A stretch of 64,000 nt of DNA. Source: Proteobacteria bacterium UBA6156 (GTDB lineage Bacteria > Pseudomonadota > Alphaproteobacteria > UBA2136 > UBA6156). Both the position numbers and the translations under genes were made by a program. The stretch's first letter is position 1. Every line of letters begins with the position of its first letter. The notes beneath the pieces were generated by a model. That model made no database searches, had not been told where the DNA came from, and saw nothing but the letters and a program-made list of their open reading frames with translations. The DNA lies in NCBI GenBank assembly GCA_002422365.1, contig DIUO01000036.1, positions 38,759-102,758 of the forward strand, written 5' to 3'. Of the stretch, positions 1 to 9,642 are shown one piece after another.

Positions 1-685
1 ACACTCCACCTCGTGCGCCAGCCTCGCGCATCTTTCCGCATCCCGCATCATCCCTCAACTCGCTCCGCATGCGTCCGGCTCCCTAAGGCATGGCTTCGGA
101 GGCATGTCCTCGCAACCTGAACAATTTCAGAGGCCTGATTTGTTCAAATCACTATCCTGTGGAACGTCCGTGAATCATGTTGCATGTTTCTGTGAAACAT
201 TGGCCCACTTCACGCGCTTACAGCCAGAGACGAGGTAAGCCTCACCGCAAGCCCGTGAACAAGGTTCCATAACTTCACAGAGAGGTGCACACAGAAGCAT
301 CAGCTTGTGAGAACACATCTCGGACTGCTGTCAACTCCTGCTTAAAACGCGGGCAGGGGGTGAGCAGGGTGCCAAATCGGAAATGTCGCAACTGAAAACA
401 CCGTTTTGAGTGTCCATTTGCGCGTTCCATGAAACGCCGGGAGCGCGCGAAACGGCGCAGATGCGCGGCTTCAAAATGTGAATAAGTGTTCACATAAAGT
501 AAATCACTTGATTTTCAAGGGGGGTAAAGGCAGCCTCTTGTGCACTGCACCATACAGCAGAAGCGAAATCGAATTCTGACACGGCTCGCCAAAAAAAGAA
601 TGAAATCAACGCATCATATGTAACCGAAAAAGCACATTTTGCAAAAGGCTGTATGCCATGTGTATGCACAGAATGGCCGTGCGAT

Positions 686-1951
686 TTAGGCTTGAGGGAC
701 AGGCAAAGGTCTCAAAATCTGCTGCAACACCAGGTCAAGCAAGGGCCAGCCGGCGGTCGACAACGCAAAGCCCTGCGGCCGGGTGTTCAACAGACCTTTC
801 GCCATCAAAAATGCCACCGCAGGCTCGTCAACTGCCGCTTCATAGGCGCTGTCTGAGAAGCGTTTCTTAAGCCGATCCGAGTCAACACCTGTTGCAAGTC
901 TCAAACTCGCAAAAATCGCCTCCTGAACGCTCTCAGTGGCATCCAGCTTGGCGGTATGATAAATCGAGCCAAGCGGAGGGCGAGGGGCGCATAAATAAGC
1001 TTCCGGCTGGCGGACAACCCTCGTGGCAAGGCGCGTGCCGTCGCGCAGCGTCAAGCGTCCATGGGCACCTGCACCCACCCCGGCATAATCACCCCCATTC
1101 CATATGTGCAGGTTATGGCGACAGGCTTCGCCCGGTCGGCAAAAGTTGCTGATCTCATAATTCTCATAGCCACAAGCCTGCAAAAGGCTATGCGTGGTCT
1201 CAAAAAAGTGGGCTTCCGTGTCACTGTCCACCGGCGTCCAAGCGCCGCGTTTTACTTGGCTATAAAATGCTGTTTGCGGCTCTATGGTGAGCTGATACGC
1301 CGAAAGATGCGCCAACTCCCGCCCCGCCAACGTGCGCAAAAGCGTCTCCCATTCCACCGGCGTTTGCCCCGGCAGGCCGTAAATCACATCGGCATTCACA
1401 CGCTTAAAAACGGCCTGTGCGGCATCCAGCGTGCGCAGGGCATCGGCCACATTATGCTCACGTCCTAAAAACCCCAGCGCCTCATCATTAAGTCCCTGTA
1501 TTCCTATGCTTACACGGTTAACACCGGCCACGCTCAGCTCATCAAAAAAGCGCTTTGCGTCGGCGGGGCTCTCAAAACTGGTGGGGTTGCACTCTACCGT
1601 CACTTCAAAATCCGCTTGCGCTGTCCCTAAATCGGCAACGGCTTCAATCACTCTCGCTATACTTTTCCAGTGCATAAGGCTGGGTGTGCCGCCACCAAAG
1701 AACAGGCTGACAAGTGGGCGGCCTAAAACCGCTGTAGAATCATTTTCAGACGCAGATATGAGTGATGCCTCGCGCAACTCAGTAAAGTCATTTAAAAGCG
1801 CATCAACATAGGCCTCTTCATGGGGCTGCCCGGCATGGCTGTTAAAGTCGCAATAGGGGCATTTAGCCTTGCACCAGGGCCAATGCACATACACCGCTAA
1901 CGGCTCTCCCATGCGGAGCGCGGGCAGGGCAGGGGAGTAAAGCTGGGTCAT
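686..1951 (-). CDS. hemW: radical SAM heme chaperone HemW (HemN-like coproporphyrinogen-III oxidase family)
   Basis: ORF 686..1960. CxxxCxxC radical-SAM motif (CKAKCPYCDF) near the N-terminus, about 420 aa as in HemW/YggW. The in-frame ATG at 1951 forms an ATGA overlap with the rdgB stop, so the start is placed there; the ORF-track start at 1960 is GTG. Confidence 0.85.
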   Translation of the reverse strand: MTQLYSPALPALRMGEPLAVYVHWPWCKAKCPYCDFNSHAGQPHEEAYVDALLNDFTELREASLISASENDSTAVLGRPLVSLFFGGGTPSLMHWKSIARVIEAVADLGTAQADFEVTVECNPTSFESPADAKRFFDELSVAGVNRVSIGIQGLNDEALGFLGREHNVADALRTLDAAQAVFKRVNADVIYGLPGQTPVEWETLLRTLAGRELAHLSAYQLTIEPQTAFYSQVKRGAWTPVDSDTEAHFFETTHSLLQACGYENYEISNFCRPGEACRHNLHIWNGGDYAGVGAGAHGRLTLRDGTRLATRVVRQPEAYLCAPRPPLGSIYHTAKLDATESVQEAIFASLRLATGVDSDRLKKRFSDSAYEAAVDEPAVAFLMAKGLLNTRPQGFALSTAGWPLLDLVLQQILRPLPVPQA

Positions 1952-2550
1952 GCCAACCACTTATAAAACGCCTGCAAGGCAAGCCCACGGTGCGATGCCC
2001 GCTGTTTCTCAGCCCGCGTCATTTCCGCAAACGTCACCAGGGCGCCCTCAGGCTGAAAAACAGGGTCATAACCAAACCCACCGGCACCGTGCGGGCGCAC
2101 CGTAATTTCCCCCTTACAGCTGCCCGTAAAACTTATATGGCGGCCGTCCGGGCTGCACAAAACCAGCACGCACACAAACGCCGCAGGGCGTGGCGCAGGT
2201 GTATCTTTAAGGGCGTCCAGCAAGCGCTCCCAGCCGCCGTAATCCGCCGTATCCACGCCAGGCGCACCACCCAGCGCATCCACACACAGGCCCGAGTCAT
2301 CGGCCAAAGCCCACACACCCAGCGCCGTCGCCGCATGCCGCGCCTTCAGCAGGGCATTGGCCTCAAAGCTGTCATGCCCCTCCACGGGCGGCGTCAATTC
2401 CTCTACTCCGGCTACCTTTAAGCCTAGCGGGTACAATCCATCGGCAAGCTCCGCCAACTTCCCTGCATTATGGGTCGCCACCGTCACACGTCCCCACGCA
2501 CGCAGCTCCTCGGCCATAATTTCAGGGTGTAAAGGAGAAGATTTCTTCAT
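1948..2550 (-). CDS. rdgB: non-canonical purine NTP pyrophosphatase RdgB/HAM1 (dITP/XTP pyrophosphatase)
   Basis: ORF 1948..2616. The conserved N-terminal motif VTVATHNAGKLAEL matches the RdgB family. The start is probably the internal ATG (MKKSSPL...) at 2550; upstream ORF-track residues are likely not translated. The start is uncertain (2517/2550/2616). Confidence 0.8.
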   Translation of the reverse strand: MKKSSPLHPEIMAEELRAWGRVTVATHNAGKLAELADGLYPLGLKVAGVEELTPPVEGHDSFEANALLKARHAATALGVWALADDSGLCVDALGGAPGVDTADYGGWERLLDALKDTPAPRPAAFVCVLVLCSPDGRHISFTGSCKGEITVRPHGAGGFGYDPVFQPEGALVTFAEMTRAEKQRASHRGLALQAFYKWLA

Positions 2551-2676
2551 AAAAACATCAATCTCTAAATTTAAGCCAAAACCGATTCCTCTTGGGGGTG
2601 TGGCAAACTCCACCATAAGTAAACATTAACTTAAAAAACACACCCAATAAATCAACAAAACCCTGCCATGCAGTAT

Positions 2677-3414
2677 CTAAACACTCAGTGCCAACGCTTG
2701 CTGTTGCAACTCCAGCAAGTGGCGTATTCCCCCTCGCGCATAGTCCTTCATCTTCTCCATCGCAGCGTCATCCACCGGGGCCTGCTCGGCCGAAACCTGC
2801 ATTTCAATCCAGCGTCCACTCGCGCTCATCACAAAATTCGCATCGGCCAGAGTCTGGCTGTCTTCAGCATAGTTCATATCCAGCACAACCCCACTTTCCA
2901 GCAACCCGCACGAGACGGCAGCTAACGGCTCGCGCATCACAACGCCCTTTAAAAGCTTTTGCTGCTCCATGTGGCGCAAGGCAATGGCCGCTGCCACATA
3001 ACTGCCCGTAATCGCCGCTGTGCGGGTGCCTCCATCGGCCACCAGCACGTCACAATCCAGCCAAAGCGTATAACCATCCAGGTTCGCCAGGTTGCACACG
3101 CTACGCAGAGACCGGCCAATCAAGCGCTGAATCTCCACCGTCCGGCCTTCCTGCTTGCCACGCGTGGCTTCGCGGTCTTTGCGCTCGCCGGTGGCGCGCG
3201 GCAACATGCCATATTCTGCTGTCAGCCAGCCCTGGCCCTTGCCTTTCAGCCATTGCGGAACTTTGGCTTGCACGCTCGCCGTGCACAGCACTTCGGTCAT
3301 ACCGAAGTTCACCAGGCAGCTGCCCTCAGCATAAGGGTTGCATCCTGTGGTCAGGCGTATCTCGCGCAGGGCGTCTAGCTGGCGTCCGTCGGTGCGTGGG
3401 CTCGTGGGCATGGG
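2677..3414 (-). CDS. rph: ribonuclease PH
   Basis: ORF 2677..3459. Strong family resemblance to RNase PH (EVLCTASV...GKGQGWLTAEYGMLPRAT...TRTAAITG). The start is set at MPTSPR (3414) by alignment with the canonical RNase PH N-terminus. Confidence 0.9.
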   Translation of the reverse strand, partial: PMPTSPRTDGRQLDALREIRLTTGCNPYAEGSCLVNFGMTEVLCTASVQAKVPQWLKGKGQGWLTAEYGMLPRATGERKDREATRGKQEGRTVEIQRLIGRSLRSVCNLANLDGYTLWLDCDVLVADGGTRTAAITGSYVAAAIALRHMEQQKLLKGVVMREPLAAVSCGLLESGVVLDMNYAEDSQTLADANFVMSASGRWIEMQVSAEQAPVDDAAMEKMKDYARGGIRHLLELQQQALALSV

Positions 3415-3529
3415 CAATCTCCTTTCAGGGGTAGTAGTACAGACGCACAGCCACGGCAAGGGTGCAGCAGGGCTTAAATTGCTGCATGTGAAACATCACA
3501 TGCATGGCGTGACAAAAAGAAAGATAATG

Positions 3530-4003
3530 CTATGAAGAAATTGAGCCATTTACAACGCTCTTAACAAAATGAACGTGGTCAGCAGGTGCAATTTTACGCC
3601 GTTCGCCAATTAACGCTCCGTCTGGCCCAAAAACAAACACATCGCGCGACATTCCCATATAAGTCCGACCATACATCTGCTTTTCAACCCAACTTCCAAA
3701 GCTCTGCGCAAGCTTCGTATCGCTGTCACTCAACAAATCAAATGGAAGGTTATCACGTAATCTAAACTTCTTAAGGGCTTGGGGGGCGTCTGGGCTTATA
3801 CCGTAGGTCACTACATTCATGTGGCTCAGCGCGTCGTCCGCATCACGAATCAAGCAGGCTTGCGTGGTGCAACCCGGGGTCATGGCCTTAGGGTAGAAGT
3901 AAATAACTACAAACTTACCTAAGCTGTCCCTCAAACGGATAGATTTGCCCTCCTGGTTCACAAGTGTGGCATCAGGGAGTTCACGTGGCGTCGTCGTCAT
4001 GGT
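3530..4003 (-). CDS. bcp: peroxiredoxin Bcp (thiol peroxidase, AhpC/TSA family)
   Basis: ORF 3530..4036. Bcp signature VIYFYPKAMTPGCTTQAC. Start chosen at MTTTPRE (4003). Confidence 0.85.
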   Translation of the reverse strand, partial: TMTTTPRELPDATLVNQEGKSIRLRDSLGKFVVIYFYPKAMTPGCTTQACLIRDADDALSHMNVVTYGISPDAPQALKKFRLRDNLPFDLLSDSDTKLAQSFGSWVEKQMYGRTYMGMSRDVFVFGPDGALIGERRKIAPADHVHFVKSVVNGSISS

Positions 4004-4139
4004 CGGGTGTCCTTCATTCGCGGGATGGCTGGGCACATGTTAGGCAGCAATTTGGCCGCTGACAATCCCACGTGGCAGGTTATGGCGTATAAAGGTGCCA
4101 GCAAGCCCTTTTGGGGTCAAATAAGGAGAGAAATCACCC

Positions 4140-4622
4140 ATGGCGACTGTGAAACACACCAAGCGCTCAGCCGGCGCCGCACAAAAACCGAAGGCGAAAG
4201 CCTCCCCAGCAGAAGTTGCAAAACCAACGCGCGCAGCGCCAACTAAATCCGAAAAAGCGAAGCCTGTCCTATCCGGCAGCGTGGCGGGCTGGCTGCAAGA
4301 TGTCTCTCTGGAGGCGCCCGTTCCCAGTTCCGCCCTTCAGCTTAAGCCCGGCGAGAGAGAGCTGGAATTCTCCGTCGCCATGCGCAAGCAAGGTGCGGCC
4401 CCCCAAGCGCTGGCCGAGCTCCGCGCCCGCGTGCTGGTGCATGCCCGGGGGTCGGTGCTGGCCCTGGCCGAAGCCAGCTATATGGCGCCTATCGCCAAAG
4501 GAGAAGACGAAGCTGCCCTCGTCCAAGCCATGTACCAACCGCTGCGCCAAGCCTTGCAAAGCATTCTGGCCTTGGCAGGCCACACCCCGCCCCTGCCGGA
4601 AAAACTCGAGCAAACCGCCTGA
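4140..4622 (+). CDS. hypothetical protein with a Lys/Ala/Pro-rich histone-H1/AlgP-like N-terminal tail
   Basis: 160-aa ORF. The first ~50 aa are rich in K, A and P (KPKAKASPAEVAKPTRAAPTKSEKAKP). It is followed by a strong hairpin plus T-tract terminator (4645..4669). Confidence 0.5.
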   Translation: MATVKHTKRSAGAAQKPKAKASPAEVAKPTRAAPTKSEKAKPVLSGSVAGWLQDVSLEAPVPSSALQLKPGERELEFSVAMRKQGAAPQALAELRARVLVHARGSVLALAEASYMAPIAKGEDEAALVQAMYQPLRQALQSILALAGHTPPLPEKLEQTA

Positions 4623-4644
4623 AATCGACCGTCATCGCAAAATC

Positions 4645-4669
4645 ACACCCCCTCGGGGGTGTATTTTAT
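4645..4669 (+). terminator. rho-independent terminator (hairpin cacaccccctcgggggtgt followed by attttat)
   Basis: GC-rich inverted repeat followed by a T-rich run, 23 nt after the stop of the 4140..4622 ORF. Confidence 0.6.
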
Positions 4670-4762
4670 GTGATGCTCAGATGCATCAAAGAAGTCCATG
4701 AGAGCGGTGCAAATTATCTTTATATTCATGGATTCAGTATGTTGAAAGCAATCAATATCAAC

Positions 4763-4786
4763 AAAAAAGCCTCATAACGAGGCTAA
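4763..4786 (-). terminator. rho-independent terminator downstream of the yggT-family gene
   Basis: Read on the - strand: cttagcctcgttatgaggcttttttgttg. The hairpin gcctc/gaggc is followed by a T6 run, about 25 nt past the stop at 4811. Confidence 0.55.
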
Positions 4787-4810
4787 GTCTTTGTGAACGT
4801 TTAGGTTATG

Positions 4811-5110
4811 TTATTGAATCAGGCTTGCAGCAAAATGGGCCAAGGCACGCAAAATGCCGTTGCGGATAAACACAATCGCCACAATCAAAACAACCGGTGT
4901 CAGGTCTAGCCCACCCACCAGCGGCACATAAGGGCGCAGCTTTTCCAACACAGGTTCCGTGATATTCCGCAGGATGCGGACGAGGGGGTTGAGGGGGTCG
5001 GGATTGACCCAATTAAAGATGGCTACAGCAATGATAATGCACATATAAATAAGCAGCAGTGCATCAAGAATATTAATAGCCGCAAGCATAGGGTAGGCAA
5101 TGGCGTACAT
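4811..5110 (-). CDS. YggT-family inner membrane protein
   Basis: 99 aa, two hydrophobic segments, typical YggT length and hydropathy. The neighbourhood includes rdgB/hemW, and in E. coli yggT lies next to yggV(rdgB) and yggW(hemW). Confidence 0.7.
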   Translation of the reverse strand: MYAIAYPMLAAINILDALLLIYMCIIIAVAIFNWVNPDPLNPLVRILRNITEPVLEKLRPYVPLVGGLDLTPVVLIVAIVFIRNGILRALAHFAASLIQ

Positions 5111-5237
5111 GGTGAACTCCTTTTATTCTCCTCTTAGATAGCATATTCTAACTTAATGGGAAGTCGGCAAGGCTGTTCGTGAGGCACTTACAAGAGGGCT
5201 TACGCAGAAACCAGGGTGCGGGCGGAGTTTCGGCTCT

Positions 5238-6293
5238 GTGTTCTTCCGGGTCGGCACCAGCCGGAATGCAATCAACAGGATGAATGCACACGTGTGGAGT
5301 TCATGTACCAATTTACAACAGCCGCTACGTCGCCTGCAGGGGGGTGTGTTTCACATGCAACGCATTGCTAACGTCGCTTCTGGCCTTGCCGTACAAGGCC
5401 GTTATCAAGGTTTTAGCCATTTAGGAAGGCCTCAAACCTGGATTTTAGGGCTCTACGCAGCCACCACACTCTATAGTACGCCGCTGAAGGCTCAAGAGAT
5501 CCAATGTATCGACTACTATACCGTCGGCCAGAATACTTGCGCCACACCACAACCCTCCCCACAAGCCGATGCCAGCGCACCGCGCCTGTTGGCACCCCAA
5601 GCCACCGGCACCGATGAGGATAAAGTGGATGAATTCCTGGAAAACTACGGCAAGCCTCCGCGCGAATTTGTGGCCTTTTATCTGAATCCCACAGCCGAAA
5701 ACGCCCAAAAATGGGTGGCGGCCTATCAGCAGATAATGCAGAAAACCCAGAACCTCTCGCAACTCTGGTCGTCGGCCGAACAACTTTATCAACAAGACAC
5801 ATCTCAGCCCGTCGTGCGCCGCCAAGATGAACCTCTGGCCCAGCCGCAGCAGGTCGTGCCGGTGCAACCTGTGGCGCCCGTGGTGCGGGCGTCGTCCAAT
5901 CTCAATTTCGGCGGGCTGGGGGCAGGGGTGTCTGCCGGCCCTGGCGGCGTCCGTGCCCCTGTGTCGGCACCCTTAACAGTCACCTATTATTACAGTCAGG
6001 CCTGTCCCTTCTGTGCCCGCATGACACCTGAACTTAACGTAATAACAGCAAATTACAGTGGTAAATTAGCATTTACTTGCGTCGATGTAACGCCTGTCAC
6101 AGCCACACAGAGACCCGATCCGGCCTATTTGAGCGGAAAATTGCCCTGCCAATGGCGTTTACCGCAACCGGGAGAGCTCGAAGAACAGGGTGTAAAGCAA
6201 ACCCCAACGCTTTTAGTGCAGAGGGAAGGGGCATCAGCTGTGCGGCTTTCCGGCTACATGTCGCAAGCGCAACTCCAGCCCTTTTTCCGTTAA
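5238..6293 (+). CDS. thioredoxin-fold CxxC (CPFC) protein, candidate periplasmic thiol-disulfide isomerase (TrbB/TraF/DsbC-like)
   Basis: 351-aa ORF. The C-terminal ~110 aa carry a CPFC motif followed by the thioredoxin-like pattern (VTYYYSQACPFCARMTPELN...QTPTLLV). The Q/P-rich central linker is low-complexity. The start is uncertain (candidate ATGs at 5238, 5280, 5355). Confidence 0.5.
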   Translation: MFFRVGTSRNAINRMNAHVWSSCTNLQQPLRRLQGGVFHMQRIANVASGLAVQGRYQGFSHLGRPQTWILGLYAATTLYSTPLKAQEIQCIDYYTVGQNTCATPQPSPQADASAPRLLAPQATGTDEDKVDEFLENYGKPPREFVAFYLNPTAENAQKWVAAYQQIMQKTQNLSQLWSSAEQLYQQDTSQPVVRRQDEPLAQPQQVVPVQPVAPVVRASSNLNFGGLGAGVSAGPGGVRAPVSAPLTVTYYYSQACPFCARMTPELNVITANYSGKLAFTCVDVTPVTATQRPDPAYLSGKLPCQWRLPQPGELEEQGVKQTPTLLVQREGASAVRLSGYMSQAQLQPFFR

Positions 6294-6406
6294 TTCTTCT
6301 TAACCTCCTGTCAGGAAGGGCTTTCCCCGTTCCGCATAAAAGCGCAGAATACAAAAATGGTCGTGCCCCAGGGCTGGCCCTGTAAAAGCTGAGAGGAAGA
6401 AGAACG

Positions 6407-6724
6407 ATGTCGACCGCACAAGTTGTGGCTGCCAAAGGCCAGCAAGGTTTTGTTAAGGAGCGTCTTATATGGGCCAGCAAGCCCTTGGGTTTGCTGTTTC
6501 TGCTGCTCTGGGTGTTGCACCCCGCTACTGCCAGCGCAACCGACTACCTTCACATGCTGCTGCTCGGTTTTCTGGCGGGCACCGGCTATGGCCTGGTGCT
6601 ATACGGGGCGCAGCTCAAGTCCTATGTTCTGGTGCGCACCACCTCGCACACCAAAACGCCTAACCGTGTCCCCTCCGAATACTACTGGGGTAACATCGAA
6701 TCCATTATGTTCGACAACAAGTAA
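6407..6724 (+). CDS. small two-TM membrane protein, candidate detached membrane anchor of the downstream VirD4-like ATPase
   Basis: 105 aa with two hydrophobic helices (LGLLFLLLWVLHPA; LLLGFLAGTGYGLVLYGA). It ends 5 nt before the start of the ATPase ORF at 6730. Confidence 0.45.
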   Translation: MSTAQVVAAKGQQGFVKERLIWASKPLGLLFLLLWVLHPATASATDYLHMLLLGFLAGTGYGLVLYGAQLKSYVLVRTTSHTKTPNRVPSEYYWGNIESIMFDNK

Positions 6725-6729
6725 GCGCC

Positions 6730-8142
6730 ATGGCCCAAGACCTTAATCTCCCTGCCGACCTCCTCAACCGCCATTGCCTTGGCATCGCAGCCACCGGGGG
6801 CGGTAAGTCGAATTTCCTGAACCTCATCCTGAAGCAGCAGATGATGCGCGGCGGCGGCTGTATCCACATCGACGGGAAGAACAGCAAGGACGCCATCCGC
6901 GAGTTCCTGACGCTGGCCGAGCAGCACAACCGCTGGCAAGACGTCCGCATCATTAATATCGACGAAGCCACCCTCTCCAACACTTATAATCCCTTGCTGC
7001 GCGGAGACGCCGAGGAGCTCACCACCCGTATCATGTTGCTCATCGGCAATGGCGGAGATTCCTTCTTCCGCTCCCAGGCCAGCAAAGGCCTGGGCGCCAT
7101 ATCGGGCTTGGTCAAACGTATGGGCATTCCGTTCAGTTTCGCCGACCTCTCCGTGCTCATGGGCAGCGAGGGCGCCCTGCGTTATTTGCTGCGAGAAGCT
7201 CCCAAAGACACCCGCGAATATGTTGATTACAAGATGTTTTTCGACCAATTGCTCGAGGCCGACCGCCGCACCGGCGCCATGATCGTCAGCGAAAAGAAAC
7301 TGCAACACACCTTCGGAGACCTGTTGGGCAAACTGGCCGCCTACGCCCGCGGCCAGGCGCGCGATGTCCTCAACGCCTACAACCCCGAGGTCGATCTTCT
7401 CCAGGCCATCAACGAAAATCTGCTCGTCTACGTGGCCCTGCCTATGCTCAGCAAGGCGGAAGTCGCCAGCGACTTCGCCAAAATCTTCCTCTCCGACCTC
7501 CGCACCGCCGTGGGCCAACTTCAGAACGTCCCGCCAGAGCAGCGGCCCAACCCCACCTTCCTGTGCCTTATGGACGAGTTCAGCAGCTACGCCATGCCCA
7601 CCCTGGCCCCGTTGTTCGAGCAAGCGCGCTCGGCCAACATTTGCCTGTTCCCCTTTATCCAAACCGTCTCGTCACTGTCCGATAAAGAGCGCGGCCTCAG
7701 CATCGATTTCGCCCAAAAGATCATCGGTAACACCTGGAATAAAATCAGTTTTGTACTGAAAGACCCGGAGTCCTGCGAACAAATGAGCAAAATTGCCGGC
7801 CAGGCGCTCAAAGAGTTCGTCAGCAAAAGCGTCAGCGAAAACATCGGCTTCGCCAGTGGCCAGCAAGATGCCTCCATGCTTATCACCAGCAACCGGGGCC
7901 GGGGCATCAGCACCTCCACGCGGGTCGAGTACGACGCCGTCGCCCGCCCGGAAGACTTCAGCAACCTCAAGGCGGGGGAGGGGATCTACATGGGCCCGCG
8001 CGGGGTCTATAAAATCCGTGTGCCGCTGCTCAAACTGAATCAACAGGGCGGAGACATCGTCTTTCCTAAGTTCCGCATGCCCGCCACACCCGGCTTGGCG
8101 GTCGCCGAAAAGTACCATATGTTCAGCGCAACCGGTGGTTAA
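6730..8142 (+). CDS. VirD4/TraD/TraG-family type IV coupling protein-like ATPase (soluble domain only)
   Basis: 470 aa. Walker A GIAATGGGKS at residues 18-27; a Walker B-like hydrophobic stretch followed by acidic residues (LCLMDEFSSYA); overall TrwB/VirD4 nucleotide-binding-domain features. It lacks the N-terminal TM segments usual for coupling proteins. Confidence 0.6.
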   Translation: MAQDLNLPADLLNRHCLGIAATGGGKSNFLNLILKQQMMRGGGCIHIDGKNSKDAIREFLTLAEQHNRWQDVRIINIDEATLSNTYNPLLRGDAEELTTRIMLLIGNGGDSFFRSQASKGLGAISGLVKRMGIPFSFADLSVLMGSEGALRYLLREAPKDTREYVDYKMFFDQLLEADRRTGAMIVSEKKLQHTFGDLLGKLAAYARGQARDVLNAYNPEVDLLQAINENLLVYVALPMLSKAEVASDFAKIFLSDLRTAVGQLQNVPPEQRPNPTFLCLMDEFSSYAMPTLAPLFEQARSANICLFPFIQTVSSLSDKERGLSIDFAQKIIGNTWNKISFVLKDPESCEQMSKIAGQALKEFVSKSVSENIGFASGQQDASMLITSNRGRGISTSTRVEYDAVARPEDFSNLKAGEGIYMGPRGVYKIRVPLLKLNQQGGDIVFPKFRMPATPGLAVAEKYHMFSATGG

Positions 8143-8172
8143 GCCGCCAGAAAAGCCAAGAGAAGAGATAAC

Positions 8173-8457
8173 ATGCTGAGTTCCATTGCAATCTTTTACG
8201 TCAATGTCATCGAGCCCACCTTGCAGGTGTTAGCTGTTGTCGCAGTCGTTATAGGTGTGCTCTACCTGCTCAACCTGCTGCGCGGCGGCGACCGTAAAAA
8301 CGACCTGATCACTCTTGTGGTGAATGAGTTCTTCAAAATGATATATAAAACAATCGTATTAAGCGGTAAGGCTGTGGTGGCTGTGGCAGGAATGTTGCTA
8401 AAAACCAGCAGGGTGATATTTGCAACATTACGCGACTTTTTTAAGTCGGAAATTTAG
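8173..8457 (+). CDS. small hydrophobic membrane protein
   Basis: 94 aa with two predicted TM segments; tightly follows the coupling ATPase gene. Confidence 0.4.
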   Translation: MLSSIAIFYVNVIEPTLQVLAVVAVVIGVLYLLNLLRGGDRKNDLITLVVNEFFKMIYKTIVLSGKAVVAVAGMLLKTSRVIFATLRDFFKSEI

Positions 8458-8557
8458 GCACCTCTCTTGATTGCCTGCGAAAGAAAGCCTTTAATGGGCT
8501 CACTTAAGCATGCGGTTTGCGCATGTGGCCGAGAGAACAATAAAGGAGGGGTGGGAG

Positions 8558-9442
8558 ATGGCCTACCTGCACAATCGCCAAATAGCCCTACAGGCCAGCG
8601 TTGCGGTGGCAGCGTTGCTGGCGGGGGGGTGTCAGCCAGCCGGGGTTACCCGTTATGCGCCCGCGCCCTACCCGGCCTACGACTACAGCCAGCAAGCCGC
8701 CCCCATGCAAGCCCCTCAGGCTATCCCCTACGCCGCACCGGCCTATCAAGCACTGGAAGCCGCCACACTCGACATGAAAGAACGTCTCGAGCGCGTCGAA
8801 AAAGCCATGTTGCGCCTCGACCGCCGCATGCAGCTCGTCGAACGGAATGAATTGTCGCGTATGGGCGGTCGGGTGAGCAGTGCCGAACCGCAAGCCCTCC
8901 AGGTGCGGGCGTCCACAACCCCGATGGCCGAGTCCGACGTGGCTGAAGCCATGCAGGCACTCGACCTTGCCCCGCAAGAAGGTTACCGCCCCGTCGCCAG
9001 CCGTGGCGAGGCGATAACGTCGGCCCTGCAAGCAGCTCCCAGCTTGTCCGAGTCCTCCTTCCCGGCCTCATCCGCACCGGTGCAGGTGGCCAGCCGAGGC
9101 GGGCTCCCGTCCTTGGCCGACCCCGCCCAGCCCCAGGCCCGCCACCTCAAGGCCGGCACCAACGATGTCGCGATTTGGACGATTAACTATACCGATGGTA
9201 AAATCTGGCCAGAGCGCACCCAGCTGCCCGCCAGCCGCCAGGTGGTCGATGTCCTGCGCGAGAACGGCAAAGCCAATATCTATGCGCGCGGCAAAAACGC
9301 CAGCGCGGTCGAGTTCCGCGAGCGCGTCAAAGCCCTCAGCCGCTATCTCTCCAAGGTCAGCAGCCTCGATACCGTGCCCATCGCCGCCATGGCCGCTCCC
9401 CATCTCGACGACGACACCATCGAAATCGTTATCACCCATTAG
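8558..9442 (+). CDS. lipoprotein with coiled-coil segment
   Basis: ORF 8510..9442. An RBS taaaggagg lies 8 nt before the ATG at 8558 (MAYLHNRQ...). Lipobox LLAGGC after a hydrophobic signal sequence, followed by a coiled-coil stretch (LDMKERLERVEKAMLRLDRRMQLVERNELSR). Confidence 0.55.
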   Translation: MAYLHNRQIALQASVAVAALLAGGCQPAGVTRYAPAPYPAYDYSQQAAPMQAPQAIPYAAPAYQALEAATLDMKERLERVEKAMLRLDRRMQLVERNELSRMGGRVSSAEPQALQVRASTTPMAESDVAEAMQALDLAPQEGYRPVASRGEAITSALQAAPSLSESSFPASSAPVQVASRGGLPSLADPAQPQARHLKAGTNDVAIWTINYTDGKIWPERTQLPASRQVVDVLRENGKANIYARGKNASAVEFRERVKALSRYLSKVSSLDTVPIAAMAAPHLDDDTIEIVITH

Positions 9443-9642
9443 GTTGATGAGATGAGGCTGATGAAAATGAAACAGGTCATGGCGGCATGCGGTCTGCCTC
9501 CGCTTGCCACCGGCGTTCGTCAGGTTTAATATACTCTTACGTTCCTCAAAACGAGGGGCGAACACTATGCAGCACGGCGCTGCAACCTTACCGAGCCCCA
9601 TCATCTGCGGGCCCGTAACTTCAATAACAGAAAGGATTGTTC

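Noticed and set aside
275-493. 72-aa minus-strand ORF in the leader region
   Set aside because: Short, with no RBS or motif, in a lower-GC region; not supported.
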